From an uncultured candidate division Zixibacteria bacterium (lineage in GTDB: Bacteria > Zixibacteria > MSB-5A5 > GN15 > FEB-12), in contig CAVTJJ010000004.1 of assembly GCA_963735035.1 (NCBI GenBank), positions 832,001 through 896,000 of the forward strand: a DNA stretch of 64,000 bases, given 5' to 3'. The notes under the pieces were generated by a model. It was given only the letters and a program-made list of their open reading frames with translations, did no database searches and was not told the origin of the DNA. Shown piece after piece: positions 1 to 10,379 of this stretch (the first letter of the stretch is position 1; every line of letters starts with the position of its first letter). The position numbers and the translations under genes were made by a program.

Positions 1-905
1 TCAATTCTCTCGCCGATCTGACCAGTTCGATAGACCCGCGTCATCTTAATCGTCGTACCCTCGAATCGCTAATTACGGCCGGGGCCTGCGATTCGCTCAA
101 AGGGCATCGGGCGCAGAAGATGGCGACAGTTGAGGTGACTCTCGAGTATGGCCACAAGGTGATGGAGAAGTCGAACAGCCACGATCTGTTCGCCGACTCA
201 GGCATAGCGGCCCAACGAGTCGAGCCGAAACTGCCCGACATCCCGGCATGGACTTCCTCAGAGGAGCTGGCGCACGAAAAAGAAGCTCTTGGGTTCTGGA
301 TTTCGGGCCATCCGTTGGATCGATATCGTGATGAATTGACTTCATTTACCACCGCCACCTGTGCCGGATTGGATCAAGTCGTTGACGGGCGCGAGGTTAC
401 CCTTGGCGGCGTGGTAGCCAGGATCAACAAGATGCCGGACAAGCGGGGGAATATGATGGCCTTTGCTACCCTGGAAGACTTTTCCGGACAGACGGAATTG
501 ATTATATTCTCTGATTGCTTCGAAAGAAGCAAAGATGACCTGGTGGCTGACCGGATGGTGTTGGTGTCCGGCCGGGTTTCGACGCGTGAAGGCGAGCGAC
601 CGAAAGTGATCTGCTCCGAGGTCATGCCTCTGGAGAAGCTTACGGAACGGTTCAACTGCCAACTGGTTATAAAGCTAGGCCCGGATTGCACCGAGAAGAC
701 CATAGAGCGGGCGCTGGCCACGTTGGAACAATATCATGGCCAGGTGCCGGTTCTGTTAGCGGCGCGAGAAAACGGTTCGGAAGTCTATATCAAGTCGAGC
801 CGTTATTCGGTGACCATGGATTTTGAATTGCTGAATCGCCTGAAAGAACTCCTGGGTGATTCGGCAGCGTATCTTCGCCCGGTCGGTCCGCGCGAAGGGA
901 AATAG
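1..905 (+). CDS. dnaE: DNA polymerase III alpha subunit, C-terminal part (5'-truncated by window)
   Basis: Frame open from position 3: LNRRTLESLITAGACD...EKEALGFWISGHPL, OB-fold MAFATLEDFSG; typical DnaE C-terminus. Confidence 0.95.
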   Translation, partial: NSLADLTSSIDPRHLNRRTLESLITAGACDSLKGHRAQKMATVEVTLEYGHKVMEKSNSHDLFADSGIAAQRVEPKLPDIPAWTSSEELAHEKEALGFWISGHPLDRYRDELTSFTTATCAGLDQVVDGREVTLGGVVARINKMPDKRGNMMAFATLEDFSGQTELIIFSDCFERSKDDLVADRMVLVSGRVSTREGERPKVICSEVMPLEKLTERFNCQLVIKLGPDCTEKTIERALATLEQYHGQVPVLLAARENGSEVYIKSSRYSVTMDFELLNRLKELLGDSAAYLRPVGPREGK

Positions 906-968
906 AGACTAACAAAGTTGCGAACCGATTGCCGTAAGAATCCTTTACCTTTTGCCAAGCAGAGACTG

Positions 969-1505
969 ATGAGAACAACTCGATACATTTTACTCGCCCT
1001 GTTGGTCGTATCGGCGTCACTCGTGTGGGGGGCGGATACCAAAAAGAAACCCAAAGAGCCGGTCAAGGATCCCAACGGAATTTCGTGGTACAACTACGAA
1101 GCCGGTTGGCAGAAGGCCAAGGCCGAAAACAAGCACATGTTTGTCGATTTCACGGCCACCTGGTGCGGCTGGTGCAAGCGACTCGAATCGGGCACGTTCT
1201 CGGATCCGCGTGTAATCGAATCCCTGACCAAGGATTTTGTGCCGGTCAAGGTCTGGGAAAAGAGCCCCGATACGCTTGATCTTGACGGTCTGAAGATTGC
1301 CGAGGAAGACCTGCGCATCAAAGAGTTTGGCGCCCAGTCGTTCCCGATGATGTGGTTTGTCAGCCCCAAAGCGGTGCGGGTCGGCCCGATCAGAGGCTAT
1401 GTTGACGCTAACACGCTGATGAAGTTTCTTGATGTGGTCAAGAATTACAGCTACGACACCACCCTTGACGCGTCGGGCAATCCCAAGACACCCGCCAAAC
1501 CTTGA
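969..1505 (+). CDS. Secreted thioredoxin-fold protein
   Basis: Signal peptide, VDFTATWCGWCKRL motif; ATG at 969 preferred over TTG 918. Confidence 0.85.
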   Translation: MRTTRYILLALLVVSASLVWGADTKKKPKEPVKDPNGISWYNYEAGWQKAKAENKHMFVDFTATWCGWCKRLESGTFSDPRVIESLTKDFVPVKVWEKSPDTLDLDGLKIAEEDLRIKEFGAQSFPMMWFVSPKAVRVGPIRGYVDANTLMKFLDVVKNYSYDTTLDASGNPKTPAKP

Positions 1506-1540
1506 AGAGCACTACCCCGAGAATTACAGGAACTACCAGG

Positions 1541-2116
1541 ATGATGAGACAGATTGTTCATATTACAGCTATACTGTTAATTTCGTTGCTGCTGTTGTCG
1601 TGTTCGAAGGAAGAAACGACGGCCAAGAATGAACTGTCACCGGTGGCGAAATCACAAGCGACAAATCCCGCCCGTGAGAATGCCGCCAGGCCGGCCGTAA
1701 AGTCAATGAATGCCTCGGCGGTCGATCTGGAAGGAAACAAACGTTTGATGTCGGAATGGGTGGGGAAGAAGCCGGTGGTTGTGAACTTCTGGGGTACCTG
1801 GTGTCCGCCGTGTCGTCGCGAAATACCCGATTTGGTCCGGCTGTATGATGAATATCACATCAAGGGTGTTGAAATTGTCAGTCTTGCTATCGAGAGAAGC
1901 GCCGGCCCGCAGGAAGTCAAAGCGTTCAGCCAGCAGGCCGGTATGAAGTGGGTGATGCTAATGGCGAACCAGGATGTGGCACAGGCGTTTAACGCGGGCG
2001 CTTCGGTGCCTACAACTATATTCTTCGACGCCGCCGGCAACGAAGTGGGCCGCTTTGTCGGCGCTCGCTCCTATCAAGATTTCAAACCGGTGTTTCAGAA
2101 GATTTCCGGCACCTGA
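1541..2116 (+). CDS. TlpA/ResA-family thiol-disulfide oxidoreductase, lipoprotein
   Basis: Lipobox LLSC, VVNFWGTWCPPCRREIP, cis-Pro VPTT. Confidence 0.9.
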   Translation: MMRQIVHITAILLISLLLLSCSKEETTAKNELSPVAKSQATNPARENAARPAVKSMNASAVDLEGNKRLMSEWVGKKPVVVNFWGTWCPPCRREIPDLVRLYDEYHIKGVEIVSLAIERSAGPQEVKAFSQQAGMKWVMLMANQDVAQAFNAGASVPTTIFFDAAGNEVGRFVGARSYQDFKPVFQKISGT

Positions 2117-2987
2117 GGCAGTGTGAATCTCGAATTTGTAGGCCGGTTCGTTGAAGACGAACCGGCTTTTTGTTGGTCGTAAGTGTCCGATGTGATTCAA
2201 GCCGAATCTTCGGTACCCACCCAACGGGTGGGAATTTGTAAACGGGGCGCTAGCCCCGTCATCCCGACGGAAGTCGGGACCCAGTTGTCTTGGTAAGTGC
2301 ACCAAAGCCAATGTTAGAACCGCCATGCGAAGGGAGTATTCGAACATTGATGAAATAATTCTGCAAACACAACTGGGCACCGGTTTTCACCGGTGTGACG
2401 GCCTCGCGGCCGTTTGAACACTATTACTTCTTGATGTGTATCTTCAGTACCCACCCAACGGGTGGGATCGTGATCGATCAGGTCACGCGTCACTGCTCCG
2501 TCATGCCCGACTTGGTCGGGCACCCATGACTACTCGCGATCGCAGTAGAGGGGGCCTCACAAGAGAAATGGAATTTGAACATCCTCTCCCGCCTTCGTCC
2601 TCATGTCGTCTCTTGCGGTGAGGCCAATGCGACAGCCCATGGATTCCCGGCCAAGCCGGGAATGATGGGGCCAGAAGGCGAAACTGACTGTGATACGTAG
2701 GTTGGGTTCACGAGTCTTGTAGCTCGGGATGCTTGTCATCCCGACATCGCGTTTGTCGGGACCTCGCCCCGGCGAGCAGGCACAAGGGTCCCGACCTGCA
2801 AGTGCGGTCGGATTTGTCGGTCGGGTTCACGAGGGTCTATCGAAGCGAGACGCGAGCAACCCGACAATCGCATCCTTGGGTGCCCCGCCTGAAGCGGGGC
2901 AAGAAAGTATCTACTTTGATCGGCAGGCCCCTGTGCCTGCCGAAGAGTACACGGCAGGGTTGGAACCCTGACGATCAAGAAGAATGG
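2117..2987. repeat. Mosaic of REP-like palindromes between convergent genes
   Basis: Hairpins cccacccaacgggtggg (twice), gtcatcccgacggaagtcgggac, gtcatgcccgacttggtcgggcac, attcccggccaagccgggaat, gccccgcctgaagcggggc, tgatcggcagg...cctgacgatca; several recur elsewhere in the window. Confidence 0.85.
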
Positions 2988-5402
2988 CTACTTCAGAATA
3001 ACCAGTTTCCCGATCTGCGTACGCGTCTCCGATTCGACCACCCAATAGTACAGCCCCGATTCCACTGCCAAACCGGATCGGCTTACCAGATTCCACCAGT
3101 CGTGCATCGACTCCGGACCGCCTTCGGGGAAATTGTGATCGATCGTGCCGATATGATCACCGTCGAGAGAATACACTTTGATCTTACATACGCGCGGGAG
3201 GTTGCCGAAATGGATCAGCCTCGAACGGTCCGGAATGATGTTCCCTTTGCGGTTCTCGTAGCCCCCGTCTTCATAGTTTGCGTCGACCCGATATGGATTG
3301 GGATAGACGTACGCGTCGAGGTTGTCTTCTTCGACAATTTCCGACGAAGTCTGCGCGTAACATTCGGTGACATTGTTGAGCGGGTTGGTCTCATCGGGCG
3401 GCATACTGCCGCGCCCGCCGGAGTAACCGAAGTCAAACACGGTCACGGCGACAAAATACGGCACGGTGGGCAACAGGTTGTCGATGATGTACTCGTATTC
3501 ATAGTATTTGGGAAGCTGGCGACCGTCGTGTTCGGTGGTGATGTCATTTTCTGTCCAGAGGGTCGAATCGGTACCGGGGTTGACCGCCTCCGGGTAAGCC
3601 TTGTGAATTCCGTTCGGAGAAGTAAGACTGTACACGTTGCCGTCGACAGCGGAGAAATAGAAGACGCTGTCACCCTGAAACAATGGCCGCTGGCGGGGAT
3701 AGTCATCGGGGTTGAGATCAGGATTGTTGTGGAGTATCCTGAGCGAGTCGAGGCTGAACGGCGGATCGCTATTGATCCAACGACCTTCACCTGATCCCAA
3801 CGCGTTGAACTTCCAGCGAAACCAATTCTGCTTGTCATAACTTGTCAGCAGAGAGAGGCTCGTCTTGCGGTCGTCCAGACCGCAATAAACCCGATATCCT
3901 TCGAAATCGACCAGTCCGGAGAAGATATCTTTGGTCGTCTCGGAAAGAAACCCGTTCCACCGTACAATGATCTTCCCAGGTTCCGTGTCATGCCTTGTGA
4001 ACGGAATGGGAGGTGGGGAGTTGCCGCGAAAATCGGGGACGCCGTCCCCTTTGTACCAGGTGGTCTCACCATCGCAGATGCGATACTCGCCGAAATAACC
4101 ATCACTGTCAGTGTCGACCCCGGGATTGTCGTACACCCACTGCGCCCATTGGGCGTTGCCGGCGAGTTCGGAGAAGTCGAGTTGATCGTAATACGACTGC
4201 GGGTCGGTTGGATCAAAGTAGGCATACGAATTGGTGTGAACGTTGTCACCGCCAATCACGGCCATTGTGAATCTGATCTTCTCGTGAACCCCGGCCTGGA
4301 AGGGACCAAAGTAATAGAACATGTCGAATGGCCAACCCGCGGCGATATCGGGTGCGAAGCCCCACGGCGGCATCCAGCCGAAATGGTCAACTGCGGCAGA
4401 CATCTGGTCATAGGCAATGTGGGGGTGGCTTAGAATATAGTACAGATTGCGGTCACTTCCGGGATATGCAAAATATGGATTGAAGGATCGAAACGGTTCA
4501 TCGGGCGTTGACTGTGGCCGCGGACCCCAGTCTATCGCATCGGAAGCAACCCAGACGTACCAGTTGTAACCGTATTCGAGAGAATCCGCTGAACTTCCGA
4601 GAAGCGTCAAGCCCACCGCGCCCCGGCGGGAGTTCCATCGGTATGATCCTTCAACCGGATCGCCGTCGTTGTCCATACAATAGGCAATATTGAGCGGCTG
4701 CCGGAAATCACATTCGTTGGGCCAAGCATAGTAGGGAAGGAAACCGGTCAGGTCATCATCATCATCCGGTGGCGTCCTAACAGTGTACGAGTAGCTATCA
4801 CACCAGTAACCGATCCACATATCCCTAAGCACTTCTTTGCCCACGTTCGTAAATTCGTAATCAAATAGCACGAAATCATCGACTGTAGATCCCGCCCAGG
4901 CCATGGATCGCTGTGTGCCGACAATTTCGAGCGGCACATACGGACCCCGTTCCCAATTTGTCCAATAGATTGTGTCATATGCGATGGTATCGGCTAATCT
5001 ATATTCAATATCCAAATCGGAATGGGCGGTAGGCGAGTAGTAGGTAAGGCCGGGATTCGACGAACCGATTTGCCACGGTTCGCCGCTCAGCGCGTACCAG
5101 TTAGCGATAGTGTCGCGACCGGAAATAGCCCCGAGCACCATTTGACCCTGCATGTACATGGCGCCACTCTCTCTCGGATAGACGCAACCGTAGACAGAAT
5201 CACCTGTGATGGCGTCGTAATACGGCAACCATTTCTTATCACTCCACCCCACTGACCCAAATTCCCCCGGACCAATCGTTAGCTGAAGATTGCCCTGGCT
5301 GTGCGCCCGCCGGTACCAGTAATCCTGTCCCGAAGCAATGGATACACATGATCCCAGAATCACGGCAGCTGCAATGAGAGTCAAGGTCAGGCGGTGTAGC
5401 AT
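2988..5402 (-). CDS. Large secreted protein (804 aa) with Fn3-like region and T9SS/FlgD-like C-terminal domain
   Basis: Signal peptide; DTDSDG/DNDGD acidic motifs; C-terminus YVYPNPY...IKVYSLDG...WNLVSRSG...SGLYYWVV...GKLVILK. Confidence 0.75.
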   Translation of the reverse strand: MLHRLTLTLIAAAVILGSCVSIASGQDYWYRRAHSQGNLQLTIGPGEFGSVGWSDKKWLPYYDAITGDSVYGCVYPRESGAMYMQGQMVLGAISGRDTIANWYALSGEPWQIGSSNPGLTYYSPTAHSDLDIEYRLADTIAYDTIYWTNWERGPYVPLEIVGTQRSMAWAGSTVDDFVLFDYEFTNVGKEVLRDMWIGYWCDSYSYTVRTPPDDDDDLTGFLPYYAWPNECDFRQPLNIAYCMDNDGDPVEGSYRWNSRRGAVGLTLLGSSADSLEYGYNWYVWVASDAIDWGPRPQSTPDEPFRSFNPYFAYPGSDRNLYYILSHPHIAYDQMSAAVDHFGWMPPWGFAPDIAAGWPFDMFYYFGPFQAGVHEKIRFTMAVIGGDNVHTNSYAYFDPTDPQSYYDQLDFSELAGNAQWAQWVYDNPGVDTDSDGYFGEYRICDGETTWYKGDGVPDFRGNSPPPIPFTRHDTEPGKIIVRWNGFLSETTKDIFSGLVDFEGYRVYCGLDDRKTSLSLLTSYDKQNWFRWKFNALGSGEGRWINSDPPFSLDSLRILHNNPDLNPDDYPRQRPLFQGDSVFYFSAVDGNVYSLTSPNGIHKAYPEAVNPGTDSTLWTENDITTEHDGRQLPKYYEYEYIIDNLLPTVPYFVAVTVFDFGYSGGRGSMPPDETNPLNNVTECYAQTSSEIVEEDNLDAYVYPNPYRVDANYEDGGYENRKGNIIPDRSRLIHFGNLPRVCKIKVYSLDGDHIGTIDHNFPEGGPESMHDWWNLVSRSGLAVESGLYYWVVESETRTQIGKLVILK

Positions 5403-5415
5403 CTGTCTTTCCGAT

Positions 5416-6095
5416 TCACCCTTCGACAGGCTCAGGGTGTGTAGATTGAAACCAGCTCGTCGCGGGCGGTCTCGACATCGTAAGACGGCAGTCGGCTCGT
5501 CGTACTTGCTCTTCTTCTGTCATACCTGCGGAGGCAGGTACCCAGCCAAGCTCGCAGAGCAATACTGCAGCAACATCTATGTGTTGCTCGCCATATAATA
5601 TCTTCTTGCCACAATCTCCATCACAGACCAGCCACCTTGACTGGGTTCCCGCCTTCGCGGGAATGACGAAACCTGCGGTTCTGTTTCTCAAGCACGACCA
5701 ACCACCCACACAGAGCGAGCTCTGTCCTACGAATCTGTTGTCGTTCCGGGACCCACAAGATACGGGGATGCCATGTCCTATGGGATAGGATAGTCTGCTT
5801 TCGCGTGCGATGCAATCACAAAAGCGACACTCACAAAGAAGCGGCAGGCCCGGAGGCCTGCCGATCACACACTTGGATGGCCCCGCGTAAAGCGGGGCAA
5901 GACAGACATGGAGCGGTAGTCGTACGAGTCGGCAGATGTGGGCATCTGCCGGGCACTTTTCAAAGGCGGTCGACCCCACAGCAAGCTGTGGGGTACCAAG
6001 CCTACAAGTCATGTAGGTCGGGATGCTTGTCATCCCGACATCGCGTTTGTCGGAACATCACCACGTCGAGCAGGCACAAGGGGCCCGCCCTACAA
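5416..6095. repeat. Intergenic REP-like palindrome mosaic
   Basis: cccttcgacaggctcagggt, ttcccgccttcgcgggaatgac, ggcagatgtgggcatctgcc, ccccacagcaagctgtgggg; 6013-6093 is a close copy of 2719-2800. Confidence 0.85.
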
Positions 6096-6101
6096 TACCC
6101 T

Positions 6102-7124
6102 TCAAGTGGTGCTCTTGTCGCCGGCAAAATACAAGCTGAGCATGTACCACACCGTTCCAATCGCCACCACAAACAGCACCAGGAAGATCAGGAAGATCGA
6201 CCACTGCGCATTCACGGGTAGATCTTTCGGTTCGAACGAATCGGCCAGGCGCAACAAGCGCACATGATGCCGGGTATAGACCATCGTTATCACCGACGGC
6301 ACCAACATGAACGCGGCGGGCAAGAAGCGTTTTCTATAGAAGAAATGGAGCGCGCCGAGTGACAGTACGATACCCACCGTCAGCGCCCAAATAGCGGGAG
6401 TCTTCATCAACGGCGCCAGATAGTCCCCCAGAGTCATCAAGTACACTAAACCAAATACCGACGCGACCGCCATGCCGCCGGTAAAGAATTGTTTCCCGGC
6501 GCGAAAGACCGAGTCATCGTTGCGTCCGACCCAGCCCACAAAGAACCCACCGACCGTAATCGCGCCCGTCACCATGTGCAACCAACGGAATATCCAGTTG
6601 CCGATGTCAGGATTGATTGTCCAGCCACTCTGGTTGGCTGCATAGGCGCTCTTGACCAGGGCGGTGTTCTCGGCCAGCGCGAACACCGAACTGTAAACGA
6701 GTGACACATAGAGCAAACAGACTGCAACTATTGTCAGATACCGCCCGCTCGTGACGTCAGGACGTTTGCTGAATGAGGCGCTGTAGAGCAGGTAATAGGC
6801 CAGTATCACTACGGGAATGATCATCAGCCAGAACCAACCGCTGACAATGGCGGCGCTGTAAAGCTCGCGATGATACACGATCTGTGCGAACAGCAGTGGC
6901 GCGACACCAAGCGTTACCGTCGTTGCGAGCGCAGTCGGCAGCATCTTGACATACCTGCGCACGGACTCGTTCGTCCAGCGTCCATCGATCTTGCCAAACA
7001 GAAGCACCACCAGGCCGCCGAAGACGAAATTCATCGCCACCAGATGGAGCGACAGCGTCAAGACATGCAGTACATTTATCAGCCAAAGCGGGGCCGAAAG
7101 GAAATTGTAGGTCGGCAGAATCAC
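6102..7124 (-). CDS. Polytopic membrane protein, probable partner subunit of the cytochrome bd-like oxidoreductase
   Basis: Many TM helices, His in helix I (LSLHLVAMN) and RWLHMV; overlaps the upstream gene's stop. Confidence 0.65.
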   Translation of the reverse strand: MILPTYNFLSAPLWLINVLHVLTLSLHLVAMNFVFGGLVVLLFGKIDGRWTNESVRRYVKMLPTALATTVTLGVAPLLFAQIVYHRELYSAAIVSGWFWLMIIPVVILAYYLLYSASFSKRPDVTSGRYLTIVAVCLLYVSLVYSSVFALAENTALVKSAYAANQSGWTINPDIGNWIFRWLHMVTGAITVGGFFVGWVGRNDDSVFRAGKQFFTGGMAVASVFGLVYLMTLGDYLAPLMKTPAIWALTVGIVLSLGALHFFYRKRFLPAAFMLVPSVITMVYTRHHVRLLRLADSFEPKDLPVNAQWSIFLIFLVLFVVAIGTVWYMLSLYFAGDKSTT

Positions 7125-8632
7125 TGGGCGCCTCCTTTCGGCAGCGTCTTCAAATACTCAATCATGGCCTTCCGCTCCTCAGGGGGTGCCGTGAAGGCGG
7201 GCATCTCTTCGGCGATGTCGCCGGCTCCATCGAGCATTTCATTGTATTCCATCTCTGAGAGTCCGGTCAGGGCGGGCGATTTGTCATTGAAACCGCCGAT
7301 CTGATGACACGCGCCACACCGGACTTCGTACACCTTGCGGCCGAGTTCGACACCTCTTAGTCCGTATATCTCGGCCAGTGAGCGATGATCGGTTTTCGAA
7401 TAGATATGCGCCGCGATAAGCTTCGATTCGGCTTCATTGCTGAGATAGGGCGGCATGTTGCCCCTCATGACTCCGGTGCCGCGAATCATCTTGGCGATAA
7501 AGGCTTCGTCGGTGCCGTCGAATTGTGGCGCGAGCGGTTTGTAGCCGCGCATCGTGTGACAGCTCCGACAGGTACGGTTGAACAGGTCGGCGCCGTCGTT
7601 ACCAGTGCGGAAAGCGATATGAGGCAGGAGGCCGTCGGTCTTCAATTCCTCCTTCGCAGCCACATCGATGCCGTTGCCGTACATGAAATCAACGATGACA
7701 TATGGTTTCCGGATGGCTTCGCGCATCCATTCGAACTGTCCGAACCAGATGAGCCCGAGACACATCATCACGATTCCCACAGCCCGAGTGTACAGGCGGG
7801 GCAAGACCAGACCGAGAAGAATCACGAGAACTATGAGAACCAGCCACGTGGCATAGGCTTGATTGATTCTGTCCATGACGGTCGGCATAGCCTCGGCAGC
7901 CTTTTCTCGAATCGAATTGGGGATGCTCTGGAAATACCATAGGCAGGTCGGCACCATGATGAGCAGTCCGGTCAAGGCCCATTTGGCATTGTAGCGAATC
8001 AGCGGGATGGTCGCGTTGTCCGGCCGCGAACGCGCAGCGACCACGAGAGCATACAGACCGGCCAGCATCACACAGGTGCCGGTGCGATACGCGAGCGATG
8101 GCCAGTAGGTCGGGTTGAAGAAACCGTCCCAGAAGTTCCCCGTCTGAAGCCAGACGCCCGGGGTCAGCATAAAACAGACGATACCGTTGATGACAACCAG
8201 CGAGAGCCAAGCGGCGGCGAAATAAATCCAGCCCACAATCATATGATTGCGCGCCGACATGGTTTTCCAGCCGTAGAAGTAGATCAGCGCAGCCGCGATC
8301 TCGATAATGAAGAAAGTCCACTCGGTCGCCCAGGCCCACACGAAATGGTGGATCAGGACTTCGGTAGCTTCGGGATTGATGAGGCCGATGATAAACCAGA
8401 TGCCCACCCCGGTAAGCGCTCCCGATACGACCGACACGAGAACGAAGAACTTACTCAGGCGCTGCAGGAATTCGAGGCGGAAAGTATCGTTGGCGCGACG
8501 GGCGGAGCGTTCAACCAGCACGAGGTAGAGGCCGCCGCCGATGGCGAAGTGCGCGATGAAGACGTGAATCACCGCGAATGCGCCCATCATCCAGCCGTAC
8601 CCGATATTGATATCCCAGAAAGGGTAATTCAT
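7121..8632 (-). CDS. Cytochrome bd subunit I-like protein with two C-terminal c-type heme motifs
   Basis: IHVFIAHFAIGGG, GALTGVGIWF, WATEWTFF, EWMREAIRKPY; CRSCH and CGACH. Confidence 0.85.
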   Translation of the reverse strand: MNYPFWDINIGYGWMMGAFAVIHVFIAHFAIGGGLYLVLVERSARRANDTFRLEFLQRLSKFFVLVSVVSGALTGVGIWFIIGLINPEATEVLIHHFVWAWATEWTFFIIEIAAALIYFYGWKTMSARNHMIVGWIYFAAAWLSLVVINGIVCFMLTPGVWLQTGNFWDGFFNPTYWPSLAYRTGTCVMLAGLYALVVAARSRPDNATIPLIRYNAKWALTGLLIMVPTCLWYFQSIPNSIREKAAEAMPTVMDRINQAYATWLVLIVLVILLGLVLPRLYTRAVGIVMMCLGLIWFGQFEWMREAIRKPYVIVDFMYGNGIDVAAKEELKTDGLLPHIAFRTGNDGADLFNRTCRSCHTMRGYKPLAPQFDGTDEAFIAKMIRGTGVMRGNMPPYLSNEAESKLIAAHIYSKTDHRSLAEIYGLRGVELGRKVYEVRCGACHQIGGFNDKSPALTGLSEMEYNEMLDGAGDIAEEMPAFTAPPEERKAMIEYLKTLPKGGAQ

Positions 8633-8769
8633 ACGTAATCTCCGGCAAGAGTTTGTCTATACATGCTACGCAGCCGGCCACGCTCATGTCAAGAAGAAGA
8701 GTAGTTGGTCCGATCAATTTGGACCGAATTGGTCCGCATAGTTAAAAGACGCGACCCGGTGAGGTCGGC

Positions 8770-9204
8770 TTAGAGGTCCGGCCGGGGGCGTTTGGTCCAG
8801 TATGTGATGGATCTCTCGCAACTATAACCGTTAGTCTCGAAGAGCTGCATCGACGGATAATTGGGATCCTCGATCAGCCCGCATACGACCACTTCGCCGA
8901 ACTGTTTGAGAAAATCTTCGCAACGACCTATCAGCGCCGATGCCAGGCCGAGGCCCCGATAATCCGGATCGACCGCCAACCGATTGATCCAGCCGCGCCG
9001 GCCGTCGTAATCGGTGATAACCACACCGACCATTCGTTCGGAATCAAAGGCTCCGAATGCGGCGCAATGATCCCGCGATAATTCTACTTCCAGCATCGCA
9101 CGACTATCCCGACCGCGTGGTTTAGTGGGAAGTCCCGCCACACTCCACACCTGAAGCATACTCTCATAATCGTCAATGGTCAGACGATGAAGGCCTACTG
9201 CCAT
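8770..9204 (-). CDS. GNAT-family acetyltransferase
   Basis: GWINRLAVDPDYRGLGLA acetyl-CoA motif; start MAVGLHR at 9204. Confidence 0.9.
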   Translation of the reverse strand: MAVGLHRLTIDDYESMLQVWSVAGLPTKPRGRDSRAMLEVELSRDHCAAFGAFDSERMVGVVITDYDGRRGWINRLAVDPDYRGLGLASALIGRCEDFLKQFGEVVVCGLIEDPNYPSMQLFETNGYSCERSITYWTKRPRPDL

Positions 9205-9865
9205 ACTTTTCCTCCAGGATATCTCGTAGCTGATCCATCGGAAATTCCGAGGCGCACGGTTGGTCGTTCCAGTGTTCGCAACCGCTGAAACTGAGCAGCA
9301 CGCCGCGGGTCGGCACACCGACTTCACGCGCTGTCCTCATTCCATTGGCCAGCATCATTAAGCATCCGATGCCAATGACACCCAGACGACCCTTCTTCTT
9401 GGCGTAATGTTCAATTTGTTCTTCCAGCTTCCGCTTGGAGAACACACATTCAACTCCATAAGTCTCGGCCAACCCTACGACTTGGGCCGCCTGACAGGAT
9501 TCAGTGCATTGCTCACACCGATCACCCCACTTTTCATCCGATTTCAGGCAGTTTGGGTTGTGTAGGCTGAGACAGTCCGGAAGGATGACCAGCGTTTCTT
9601 CGGCTTGATTGAAAGCTTCGCGATTGAGCCGATCGTAGATTTTGAACGCCACCGCTTCGAGCAGGTACCGCTCTTTTTCGTTTCGACGTAAATCGTGATC
9701 ATCACGATCGGATTGGTCGGCGTTGGCCCGGGCGACAAACGCTTCGATGCCGCCGAATTCATCGGCAAACCGGTCGAAACCGTCGCGGAGAAACTCATCG
9801 ACGAATCCGGTCAATTTCCGGTCGAAATCGGGACCCAGACAATATGTTGGCGCGCGTCTTGTCAT
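9173..9865 (-). CDS. DUF116-domain protein
   Basis: LVILPDCL...C...CEQC...C, GIGC, GVLL..GC pattern. Confidence 0.75.
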   Translation of the reverse strand: MTRRAPTYCLGPDFDRKLTGFVDEFLRDGFDRFADEFGGIEAFVARANADQSDRDDHDLRRNEKERYLLEAVAFKIYDRLNREAFNQAEETLVILPDCLSLHNPNCLKSDEKWGDRCEQCTESCQAAQVVGLAETYGVECVFSKRKLEEQIEHYAKKKGRLGVIGIGCLMMLANGMRTAREVGVPTRGVLLSFSGCEHWNDQPCASEFPMDQLRDILEEKYGSRPSSSDH

Positions 9866-10020
9866 AACCGAAATATAATGACCGAGACTTGAGCGGGGTA
9901 CTGATTATGACTCGTAGCCAAAGGAAGCTTGACCTTGGGCAACCTTTTGAATAGACAGGCGTATCAGGAGTAAGTAGCTTAGAAGATCATACGGCGCGCG
10001 GCGCCAAGAGGTTGCTATAA

Positions 10021-10230
10021 ATGCTTTCAAGACTCTCGAGAGATATCCCGTTCCAGGTGGCCATAGCCGTTGGCATGATCTGCCTTGTACTTTCCGATCT
10101 TACCGAACAGTTCTTGCCCAGGACCGACGGCATGGATTTTCTGGTTGGTATGTTGCTGGGACTGTCCCTTGTCATGAACATGTGGGGACTTCTGCGCTTT
10201 CGAGTGCAGAGAGTGCGGATCGACCGGTAG
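10021..10230 (+). CDS. Small two-TM hypothetical protein
   Basis: 69-aa ORF with two hydrophobic segments, followed by a hairpin. Confidence 0.5.
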   Translation: MLSRLSRDIPFQVAIAVGMICLVLSDLTEQFLPRTDGMDFLVGMLLGLSLVMNMWGLLRFRVQRVRIDR

Positions 10231-10379
10231 GTTATCCCCCTTCTTCACCAGGGGTGGGGCAGTTGGGTCGGGGACAAAGTCCACTTGTCCTTGTTTTCCA
10301 ATCAATTATTTGACGCCCCTATTGAGCACAGCTATAATCCTTCAAGAAGAAACGCCTCAACTCGGAAGGATTCGCCGTC

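Noticed and set aside
2117..2987. Possible CRISPR array in the repeat-rich intergenic regions
   Set aside because: Repeats belong to different families, are irregularly spaced, and no cas genes are present
5416..6267. ORFs 5416-6033, 5805-6221 and similar (VIPAKAG-type peptides)
   Set aside because: Translations of palindromic repeats, not genes
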